Assembly (NCBI GenBank): GCA_965195195.1
Contig: CBDAFF010000039.1
Span: forward strand, 137,188 to 201,187
Length of the DNA stretch: 64,000 nt
Direction: 5' to 3'
From: an uncultured Anaerolineales bacterium
Lineage (GTDB): Bacteria > Chloroflexota > Anaerolineae > Anaerolineales > E44-bin32
Both the position numbers and the translations under genes were made by a program. Shown one piece after another: positions 48,309 to 56,263 of this stretch. Positions within the stretch are counted from its first letter, which is position 1. Every line of letters starts with the position of its first letter. The notes under the pieces are model-generated. The model was not told where the DNA came from and did not search any database. It was given only the letters and a program-made list of their open reading frames with translations.

Positions 48309-49268
48309 ATGAGAAAGGGACAAAACCCAGCCAAATTTGTAAAACATGTTGCCAAACCGAAGCGCATAACGGTTGCGGTACTTACATACATCCCATTTCT
48401 AAGTGGTTACTATGCCGAATCCCTGGACGTTCTGACAGCTTGCCTTAACAGCCTTTGGCAAAACACAACTCTCCCCTTTGATCTTATGATATTCGATAAC
48501 GGAAGCTGTCCTGAGGTCGTAGGGTTTTTACAACACGCATTCCAAGAGGGAAGAATTCAATATCTTGTTCTCTCGGAGAAGAATCTGGGAAAGGGGGGAG
48601 CTTGGAACGTTATTTTCGAAGCGGCTCCTGGCGAGATCCTTGCCTATACCGATAGCGACGCCTATTTCCATTCCGGCTGGTTAGAAGCTTCGCTTGAAGT
48701 CCTCGAGATGTTCCCTAATGTGGGAATGGTCACAAGCCGACCTTTTCGAACGCCACCAGAATTATTCTCAAAGACCATCGAGTGGGCAGAGGCCGCGCCT
48801 GATGTAGATATTGAACGAGGTCAATATATCCCATGGGAAGCTTTCCGGGAGTTCGATATGAGCTTGGGGCAGGATGAAGATGAAGTACGGGCACGATATA
48901 CTTCTACAGAGGATGTCCGTCTTACCTATCGAGGCACTACAGCCTATGTGGGAGCATCCCATTGGCAATTTGTAGCGTGGAAGCCGGTTATTCGTCAATT
49001 TACACCGTTCGAGATGAATCGACCGATGGGCCAGGTTCGAGAGTTAGATCGAATGGTGGACCAAGCCGGATTGCTTCGCCTTATGACGTCCGAGCCTTTG
49101 GCGATGAACATGAGCAACACACTGCAATCGATCCCTGAAGAGGGTACTTCTCGCGGCTCTAAAGTTCAATCTCGTTCTCTAGGTATGATGATCCTGGAAA
49201 TTCCACTTATTAAACGGTTGTTACTCTTCATCTATAACCGGATCTTCCGTTGGTATTACTCAAAATAA
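48309..49268 (+). CDS. GT-A (GT2-like) glycosyltransferase, paralog 2
   Basis: VLTYIP...IFDNGSCPEV, AYTDSDAYFHSGWL and a C-terminal IYNRIFRWYY, which matches LYNRLFWLL in paralog 1. Confidence 0.7.
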   Translation: MRKGQNPAKFVKHVAKPKRITVAVLTYIPFLSGYYAESLDVLTACLNSLWQNTTLPFDLMIFDNGSCPEVVGFLQHAFQEGRIQYLVLSEKNLGKGGAWNVIFEAAPGEILAYTDSDAYFHSGWLEASLEVLEMFPNVGMVTSRPFRTPPELFSKTIEWAEAAPDVDIERGQYIPWEAFREFDMSLGQDEDEVRARYTSTEDVRLTYRGTTAYVGASHWQFVAWKPVIRQFTPFEMNRPMGQVRELDRMVDQAGLLRLMTSEPLAMNMSNTLQSIPEEGTSRGSKVQSRSLGMMILEIPLIKRLLLFIYNRIFRWYYSK

Positions 49269-49281
49269 TGCAATATTAAGT

Positions 49282-50760
49282 TTGCTGAATATTAGGATTG
49301 GAATGGGTAGCAAAACAATATTTATTACGGCAGATCATGGCCTGGCCATTGTTTACTTCCTGCAGACGGAAGTTTATAAAACGCTGCAGGAAGGCGGCGC
49401 CGAAATCGTGGTTCTAACGGATGATGGCCTCGTTGAACAAATTTCCCAACGCTTTCAGGATACAGGTGTGATCATTGAGGGGATGCGTCTGGCGCAGGTG
49501 CGGGAGTATGAGCGAGTCTCTTCAGACTTACAGTGGTGGCTGGGTTTTCTGCGCAGGGTAGGGGGCTCGAATCGAATCAACACCACGGCAATGGATAGCT
49601 ATGTTGACCAGGTTTTAGTTGAAGCTTCCCCACGGCAAGTTCCAGTTCTGCCTTTTGCATGGTTGCTCTTGTTGCTATTACGCCGTTCTGCGCGGGTTCG
49701 CCAAGCTCTTGTGGACTATCAACGGAAGTTCACCGCGAATATCTACGATGATCTTTTTGAGCGATATCAACCCTACCTTGTTGTCGGGAGCACACCGGGA
49801 TGGCGGCAGGACCGCTATCTACTTCGGGAGGCGGCTGCGCGTGGAGTACGCACCGCCTCAATCATCCTGGGTTGGGATAACCCGAGCAGCTACAGCCTGT
49901 CGGGAGCGCCCGTTGACAGCATTACTTGCTGGTCCGAAATTCAGAAAGAAGAACTAATACTTGGATCCGATTGGCTTCCAGAGGACGTGAGTATTGGAGG
50001 AATCCCGATCTATGATGGGTACTTCAAGAAACAGTGGTTGATGCCGCGCGAGGATTATTTCAGATTGCACGATTTGGATCCTGATCGAAAGTTGCTCTCC
50101 TACGCATGCAGCTTTATAAGTTTCTCGCCGAATTATCAGAACATTGAAGCCTTGGCGGAATTGGTTTCTTCAGATGCTCTTGTCGAACCGTCTCAGTTGC
50201 TGGTCAGATTACATCCGAATCACTTCTGGGACAATTGGCTGTTTCAAGATGAGCGAGAGCGAATTTACAAGCTGGCGAGTGAACTGCCTCACGTACACGT
50301 TGTAGAGCCGGTGCCGATCGGCGGCGAGCTAGGCTACTATTCTGGTGAGGACATGCCTGAGAAGGCTTCGATGATGGCACACGCGGACGTCTTTCTCACT
50401 GTGTATTCAACCATGGTCGTTGAAGCGGCGATTCACGATCGACCGGTCGTGAGTGTATGCATCGACGCACCAAAAGGGTGGGGATACGTCAGAAAGTTTT
50501 ACCTGCGGAAATATTCCCTTCCGCTCTCGAAAATCGGCGACTGGCCTACGCATGACCGATTCCGAAAATCGGGAGCTGGAAAAGTTGTTTACGATATTGC
50601 CCAACTGCAGGAAGCTATCAATAGCTATTTGAAACATCCGGGTGCCGACTCGGAGAATCGCAGGTCCTTTATCGAGCGAGAAGTGACGTTCACAGATGGC
50701 AGTGCAGGTCGGCGAACGGGCGAGATACTGCTTTCGATGCTTGAGGATGGAGCAAAATGA
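49282..50760 (+). CDS. Putative GT-B-like transferase (TagF/Capsule_synth-like surface carbohydrate biosynthesis protein)
   Basis: 492 aa and soluble. Blocks LLSYACSFISFSPN and LLVRLHPNH, then DVFLTVYSTMVVEAAIHDRPVV, a GT-B C-terminal-domain-like region. The family assignment is tentative. Confidence 0.4.
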   Translation: MLNIRIGMGSKTIFITADHGLAIVYFLQTEVYKTLQEGGAEIVVLTDDGLVEQISQRFQDTGVIIEGMRLAQVREYERVSSDLQWWLGFLRRVGGSNRINTTAMDSYVDQVLVEASPRQVPVLPFAWLLLLLLRRSARVRQALVDYQRKFTANIYDDLFERYQPYLVVGSTPGWRQDRYLLREAAARGVRTASIILGWDNPSSYSLSGAPVDSITCWSEIQKEELILGSDWLPEDVSIGGIPIYDGYFKKQWLMPREDYFRLHDLDPDRKLLSYACSFISFSPNYQNIEALAELVSSDALVEPSQLLVRLHPNHFWDNWLFQDERERIYKLASELPHVHVVEPVPIGGELGYYSGEDMPEKASMMAHADVFLTVYSTMVVEAAIHDRPVVSVCIDAPKGWGYVRKFYLRKYSLPLSKIGDWPTHDRFRKSGAGKVVYDIAQLQEAINSYLKHPGADSENRRSFIEREVTFTDGSAGRRTGEILLSMLEDGAK

Positions 50761-51734
50761 AGTTTATGATCGCTGGTCTTGGTTCAATTGGTCGCCGACA
50801 CTTGAGAAATCTCAAGGCGTTAGGCGAGGAAGATATTGTGCTCTACCGTTCGGGTCAGAGTACGCTTCAAGATGATGAGTTAGGCGGATACATCACAGAA
50901 ACGGAACTCAATGCTGCTTTAGCCCATAAACCTGATGCTGTGATCGTGTCCAATCCAACGGCTTTGCATCTCGATGTGGCCATCCCAGCGGCTGAAGCGG
51001 GTTGTCATCTCTTGCTCGAGAAACCCATCTCGCACGACCTGGATCGTGTGGATGAACTGCTGGCAGCAGTTAAGCGCGGCGGCGGCAAGGTGTTGGTTGG
51101 CTATCAGTTTCGCTTTCATCCCGGGCTGCAGGATGTGAAGCGATGGTTGATAGAGGGGCGGATTGGCAAACCGATCAGCGCGCATGCACATTGGGGGGAG
51201 TACTTACCCGACTGGCACCCATGGGAGGATTATCGCCAATCTTACGCCGCCCGGCGAGATCTCGGTGGAGGGGTCGTTCTGACACTCTGCCATCCCTTCG
51301 ATTATCTGCGCTGGCTGATGGGTGAGGTAATTTCTGTGGCAAGTTGGACAGGTCAAATAGGGAAGTTAGATCTTGAAGTCGAAGATATTACGGAAGCGAT
51401 CCTAGAATTCGATTCGGGGGCTGTCGGGCACGTCCATTTAGACTACTTCCAGAGACCGCCCGCACATAGGCTCGAGATTGTCGGAACAGAGGGTACGATT
51501 CGCTGGGATAATGCAGATGGGTATGCGAGCATCTATCGGATTGCGGAAGGTAAATGGGAAAGCAGCTCACTTGCAGACGGTTTTGACAGGAACGCTTTGT
51601 TCATGGCTGAGATGAAGCACTTTATTGATGCCGCCAGGGGTGATGTAGAACCAGTGTGTCCCTTAGATGATGGAGTCCGGACTCTTAAGTTAGCACTTGC
51701 GGTTCTTTCATCTGAAAATGGAGATCTTATCTAG
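50757..51734 (+). CDS. Gfo/Idh/MocA family NAD(P)-dependent oxidoreductase
   Basis: N-terminal Rossmann motif GLGSIGRRH, plus the EKP motif (LLLEKPIS). The ATGA at its start overlaps the stop of the upstream gene. Confidence 0.85.
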   Translation: MKFMIAGLGSIGRRHLRNLKALGEEDIVLYRSGQSTLQDDELGGYITETELNAALAHKPDAVIVSNPTALHLDVAIPAAEAGCHLLLEKPISHDLDRVDELLAAVKRGGGKVLVGYQFRFHPGLQDVKRWLIEGRIGKPISAHAHWGEYLPDWHPWEDYRQSYAARRDLGGGVVLTLCHPFDYLRWLMGEVISVASWTGQIGKLDLEVEDITEAILEFDSGAVGHVHLDYFQRPPAHRLEIVGTEGTIRWDNADGYASIYRIAEGKWESSSLADGFDRNALFMAEMKHFIDAARGDVEPVCPLDDGVRTLKLALAVLSSENGDLI

Positions 51735-51868
51735 ATTGTTGAGGATCGAATAAGATTTACACATATTTCCAGAGAATAGGATAACATCTTCTCTTGCTGA
51801 AAGGCGTGATGTGTTAAAACCTCAATGGAAGGAAATTATTCAAAGCACTTGGAGCGCTAGACTTTAAA

Positions 51869-53449
51869 GTGGGAAAAATGGACCGGAGGACATCAGCGAT
51901 TAGTAGTTATAACAAATATTGGGGGGCAATCGCCATTGCTGCACTTTGTATTGTGGGCGTGATTTTGATTCTTTACTTCACGCGTTCAAGCCCTGGAGTG
52001 AGCGGCGATTCTGTCTGGTACATGATGGGTGCAGAAAATATGCTGGCGGGCAATGGGTACAGCCGGACGTCTGGAGGGGGCGAGATCAAGCCGATTGTAG
52101 GGTTTCCGCCGTTCTTCTCGATGGTGCTTGCCGGTTTAGGAACCATGGGTTTAGATTTGTTTGTGGGCTTGAGATGGTTAAATGCGCTCATGTTTGGAAT
52201 GAGTGCTTTCCTCATCTGGAGACTCATCCTTCAATATACCGGGTCGAAGTGGGTTTCATTAGCCGGCGCGGTCTTGTTCTTAGGAAGTTCATCGCTCATT
52301 AAATACCACAGCTGGGTAATGTCGGAGGGGCTTTACATCCTCTTGCAGCTCACTGTTTTCTCTTTACTTATCGCATATATTAATTCTGAAAAAAAGATCT
52401 TATGGGTATTAGCGGCCGTAATAACTGGAGCTGGGATACTAACGAAGTATATCGGTCTCAGCCTTCTGTTTTCAGGTGCACTTACGATATTTTTCTTCAG
52501 CAAGAAAAGCTGGAAAGCGAAGTTACTCAATTCGCTTCTTTACATCTTCGTTGCATCCTTGCCGGTTGTGGTTTGGTTTATGAGGAACTCCACTTTGGGT
52601 GGTAATCTCACCAATAGGACTTTTACTTATCATCCGATGAGGTTAGATTTACTCGAAATATATAAATACGAAATCGGAAACTGGTTTCTTCTTCATAGAT
52701 TCATAGCTTGGGACCAAAGATTCCTACTAGTGGCATTAATAGCAGTAATTGGGCCATTGTACTTTCTATACGTGCAGTTTAATAGATGGGGATCAAAACA
52801 GCCCACGCTTCAAAATAATACTCGCGTACTTCCATGGCTGCTAATTTTCAATACCATAGCTTTCTTGATGATACTGGTTATAAATTCAACATTTCTGGAT
52901 GCTGCCACGACACCGTCAGCTCCAGAGAGATATCTCGTACCTTTGTATGTCACATCAATAATCCTTATTCTTATTACGACTTATGACCTTATTACCCATT
53001 CGCGTTTAAAAACTGTGTTAGCCCCCGCGCTTGCGGCAGTTCTGATATCCATCACCTTTTTACATATCCAGAACTCCTTTGATCTATACGGAAAAAATGG
53101 AGTTGATTTAGGGTATCAATCATTGAAAGCGCAGAATCCAAGTCTGGTTGCAGGGTTACAGGGTATTAGCCAGGATCGAATTTTATATTCGGATAATCCC
53201 GAGCGGACATACGCGCTTACTGGTAGAACGGCATATTTCTTTCCCGTCGAATATAGCAGATATACTCAACAGTCAAACCCAAACTATTTTGAGCAAATCG
53301 ATCAGATACGTGTTGGGCTGCAGGCAGGCGGTAGACTTATCATTTTCGGCGATATCGAAGAAGATCGAGAAGGAGTGCTCGATCTTCTCGATTTGGTAAC
53401 CCTGGAATCATTTCAGGGTGCGACGGTCTATGGTTATCGGGACAATTGA
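51869..53449 (+). CDS. GT-C membrane glycosyltransferase, ArnT/PMT_2 (GT39/GT83)-like; AT-rich
   Basis: About 12 TM segments. The first-loop motif is GVSGDSVWYMMGAENMLAGNGY, there is a KYIGLSLL segment, and the C-terminal domain is soluble. Confidence 0.6.
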   Translation: MGKMDRRTSAISSYNKYWGAIAIAALCIVGVILILYFTRSSPGVSGDSVWYMMGAENMLAGNGYSRTSGGGEIKPIVGFPPFFSMVLAGLGTMGLDLFVGLRWLNALMFGMSAFLIWRLILQYTGSKWVSLAGAVLFLGSSSLIKYHSWVMSEGLYILLQLTVFSLLIAYINSEKKILWVLAAVITGAGILTKYIGLSLLFSGALTIFFFSKKSWKAKLLNSLLYIFVASLPVVVWFMRNSTLGGNLTNRTFTYHPMRLDLLEIYKYEIGNWFLLHRFIAWDQRFLLVALIAVIGPLYFLYVQFNRWGSKQPTLQNNTRVLPWLLIFNTIAFLMILVINSTFLDAATTPSAPERYLVPLYVTSIILILITTYDLITHSRLKTVLAPALAAVLISITFLHIQNSFDLYGKNGVDLGYQSLKAQNPSLVAGLQGISQDRILYSDNPERTYALTGRTAYFFPVEYSRYTQQSNPNYFEQIDQIRVGLQAGGRLIIFGDIEEDREGVLDLLDLVTLESFQGATVYGYRDN

Positions 53450-53601
53450 TTAGAGGCATTGCAGATCATCCGGGCTGGTCAGTATCAGGATGGGGTTTGA
53501 ACAGAGAAATGGAGTTGTAACGGAACTCAATTCCTTTGTATGTACAAATCCTATAGAGCAGAAAGGCAAACGAGCCAGTGAAGACACTTAATCGAGGTTG
53601 A

Positions 53602-54579
53602 GTGACTATGCCTAAAGAGACGATCCAAGAATCTTCCATACAGGAAATTTCCGTGGTCCTGCCGATCTTCAATGAGGCAACCACAATTAATCGGGTGCTA
53701 GCGAGTGTGATTGAGAAGCTTAAGTCAGAAGGCGCTGACTTCGAGGTGATTGCTGTCGATGATGGGTCAACGGACGGGACACCCGAACAATTGACAGCGC
53801 TTCGAAAGTTATACCCGAAGCATGTTAGGGTTGTGCGGCACTTAATCAATCGTGGAAATGGCGCAGCCCTAAGGTCTGGAACACGAATTGCGAAGGGCTC
53901 AATCATTGTATATATGGATGCCGATGGGCAGCATACGCCCGATGATATTCACAAGTTGCTCGATTTGATTCCTCCTTATGACTTGGTTATTGGTTCACGC
54001 ACCAAAGAGTATCAAAGCAGTTGGTACCGAAGAATTGCTAACAATTTCTATAACCGATTTGCTAGCTGGTTGTCGCAAACCGAGGTAAAAGATTTAACCT
54101 CTGGGTTTCGCGCAATGCGGCGGGAGGCAGTCGTACATTTTCTTCCATTATTCCCGAATGGTTTCTCTGCGCCAACGACAACGACGCTGGCATTCCTCAA
54201 AGCAGGTTACAATGTCGCCTTTTTGCCCATCCATGTGGGAAAGAGAGCTGCAGGAAAAAGTAAAATTAATATTTGGAGTGATGGTGCTCAGTTCCTTTTG
54301 ATTATCTTGAGGATGATCATGCTTTATGATCCGCTGAGGATCTTCTTCCCGGCGGGTGTGATGCTCAGCTTGCTAGGCTTCTTAGCGGGGCTTGCGGGGA
54401 TACTGAACGCTCATCGATTGGTCCTGTCCAACTCCGCGATTTTACTTTTCCTAGCAGCGATCCTGACCTGGCTCTTAGGATTAATCGCAAGTCAGGTGGC
54501 GAGCACGTTGATTCATTATCACGGTGATGAAACGATCATTGTTGACGATTCCCCGTATGACCTTAGTTCATCCGATTGA
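53602..54579 (+). CDS. GT2 polyprenyl-phosphate sugar synthase-like glycosyltransferase (GtrB/DPM1-like) with C-terminal TM helices
   Basis: VVLPIFNE, VDDGSTDGT, MDADGQH (DxD) and C-terminal TM helices. The real start may be ATG 53608, which has GAGG 9 nt upstream. Confidence 0.8.
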   Translation: MTMPKETIQESSIQEISVVLPIFNEATTINRVLASVIEKLKSEGADFEVIAVDDGSTDGTPEQLTALRKLYPKHVRVVRHLINRGNGAALRSGTRIAKGSIIVYMDADGQHTPDDIHKLLDLIPPYDLVIGSRTKEYQSSWYRRIANNFYNRFASWLSQTEVKDLTSGFRAMRREAVVHFLPLFPNGFSAPTTTTLAFLKAGYNVAFLPIHVGKRAAGKSKINIWSDGAQFLLIILRMIMLYDPLRIFFPAGVMLSLLGFLAGLAGILNAHRLVLSNSAILLFLAAILTWLLGLIASQVASTLIHYHGDETIIVDDSPYDLSSSD

Positions 54580-54910
54580 GACTCGATCAAGTTTATAAAG
54601 GAACTGGTATCTAAACTGTCGACTGCTGTGCCGATCTTCCTCTGCCGAGAGGAGAGATTTGAAATATCCTCAAATTAACAGAACGATGTGACATTGTCAG
54701 TTGGAAAAGGCGGCATATTTCCAGCTTCGTACATCAAATATATCTTTGACAATTCCTTTAAATCAGTAGAAATTCTCCTGGACGCTGAAGGATGCCCATG
54801 CCCCGCCTGGGAGACGCCCACGTCCCGTACAACCCCCCTCTAATTTCATACAATCAATCTAAGAACTGCGATCCGAAATGCGGATTATTCCACTTATCTC
54901 AGGAGTTTCC

Positions 54911-55195
54911 ATGCTTCCAGAACCCACGGTTACATGCCCCAACGACCATATCAGCTGCACCCTGAAGCAGGGCGCAGCTCCAGGGATGCGATGCCGCATG
55001 TGTGGAGAAACGCTCGAGAGAGCTGATCTCAGATGTATCGAGTACGGGTTCTTTTTCATGATGCCACACACAAAAAGTGATTTAGCTGCTGTTCATAATA
55101 TGATTTGTTATTGGCCCATATTCTGGGGTCGAATCCAGACTAAACACAAAATTCCCATCATCTTAGTTCTTGATCAAAACGGCTCATTTTCTTGA
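54911..55195 (+). CDS. Small hypothetical protein with a zinc-ribbon-like Cys/His pattern
   Basis: AGGAG lies 7 nt before ATG 54911. The pattern is CPNDH...C...CRMCG. I recognise no homology, so this could be spurious. Confidence 0.3.
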   Translation: MLPEPTVTCPNDHISCTLKQGAAPGMRCRMCGETLERADLRCIEYGFFFMMPHTKSDLAAVHNMICYWPIFWGRIQTKHKIPIILVLDQNGSFS

Positions 55196-55321
55196 ATAAA
55201 GAAGGTTCTGGGATTGATAGACAGCACGAAAAATAAACAAACGGCTAACTAACGCTTCTCCGGAAGATTCTATGAAAGAATTGTGGCATACATGCTTGGC
55301 TTTCAAACACAGGAGGTTCAC

Positions 55322-56263
55322 ATGGAAAAGAGCAATAGAAACGAGAAAGCAGCCCAGGAGGGAAACAACAGCTGTTATCAGGGCGTTCGTCTGACATATT
55401 CCTCATCGTTCTTTCGCAACCTTCCAAAGTCTGAATCTCCTATTGTTAGAGTGGGAGCCTCACATGGCCGCACCGACAGCGCTCTCCGGATCTTGTTTTG
55501 GCTGGCAAATTTGGAGTATCTCACTGCTGATAATTTCTGTGCACTAGAGAATGAGCTCCGGCAGTCGATCATTGATAGTCTAGAACATCTGGAAAGTGAA
55601 AAACATATACAAAAACTGGTACTTCTCAGTGGGGAAGAGAAGGATCAGGTCTGTGTTTACTGTCTTGATACGAAAGGCGCTAAGGAGGCTTCCAAGCTCA
55701 TCAGTCAAAAAGTGCAGAAACCTCCGAAAAACGAGCGTAATTCTATCAACCTTATCCACGATATTGCCGTAAGTGAGGCAATGGTTGGTTTGATTGTAGG
55801 CTTGGGAATTGGTCGATTAGACACCCTCTTAGTTGGCAGAAGACTCAAGAAGAGAATAGGGTTCGTTTCTCGTCGGGATGGTTACTACCCAGACGCGTAT
55901 ATTGGATTTTACGTCGATGAGGAAACTCGGATTATTCGTCATCTTTTTCTTGAAGTTGATCGCGGTAGCGAGTTTCCTAATCAACTGAGATCGAAATTTC
56001 ATAGGCTTGATAAGTACTATCGCGAGCGTCATCGGTTAGTGTTCAACTCAAACCGCTTGTTGGTCTGTGTAACTGTCCCAGATAGGAAGCGGCTTGAGAA
56101 AATGTGTGAGGTGGTCCACGAAGTCAATTGCTGCGTGAGGGTTTTTGTAGGTCTTCACCAAGAGATTAGCGATAGCCGATCATCGAGTGGGGGGTGGATA
56201 GATGCTTTAACTAAAGGAAGTAAAAATTTATTGGAGAAGGTAGCAGATCAGGAAAGGAGTTAA
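55322..56263 (+). CDS. Replication-relaxation family protein (Replic_Relax-like)
   Basis: AGGAGG lies 6 nt before ATG 55322. Blocks typical of the family: RILFWLANLEYLTADNF (wHTH), HDIAVSEA, YPDAYIGF and FLEVDRGSE. Confidence 0.6.
   Translation: MEKSNRNEKAAQEGNNSCYQGVRLTYSSSFFRNLPKSESPIVRVGASHGRTDSALRILFWLANLEYLTADNFCALENELRQSIIDSLEHLESEKHIQKLVLLSGEEKDQVCVYCLDTKGAKEASKLISQKVQKPPKNERNSINLIHDIAVSEAMVGLIVGLGIGRLDTLLVGRRLKKRIGFVSRRDGYYPDAYIGFYVDEETRIIRHLFLEVDRGSEFPNQLRSKFHRLDKYYRERHRLVFNSNRLLVCVTVPDRKRLEKMCEVVHEVNCCVRVFVGLHQEISDSRSSSGGWIDALTKGSKNLLEKVADQERS

Noticed and set aside
2381-51570. Numerous 60-190-aa ORFs antisense to, or out of frame within, long genes. Examples: 2499-2825, 7404-7850, 19353-19772, 26831-27322, 29373-29948, 32804-33304, 38948-39382, 40894-41322, 43271-43777, 45221-45670.
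   Set aside because: These are shadow ORFs of the kind expected in moderately GC-rich coding DNA. Each is fully embedded in a gene with strong family motifs, and none has a motif or ribosome-binding site of its own.
53466-53906. A 146-aa minus-strand ORF spanning the 53450-53601 intergenic region and the start of the GT2 gene.
   Set aside because: It overlaps the well-supported GT2 N-terminus (VVLPIFNE...DDGSTDGT) in antisense, and its sequence is low-complexity. It is most likely spurious.
55122-55139. tRNA T-arm-like sequence TCTGG-GGTCGAAT-CCAGA inside the 54911-55195 small ORF. It could be a tRNA gene, or a tRNA-3'-end attachment-site remnant of the mobile module.
   Set aside because: The loop is one nucleotide off the canonical GTTCGAAT. 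I could not fold a D-arm or anticodon arm from the preceding ~55 nt. The putative acceptor strands (GTGATTTAG / CTAAACAC) pair only with a bulge. No matching direct repeat was found at the other side of the island.
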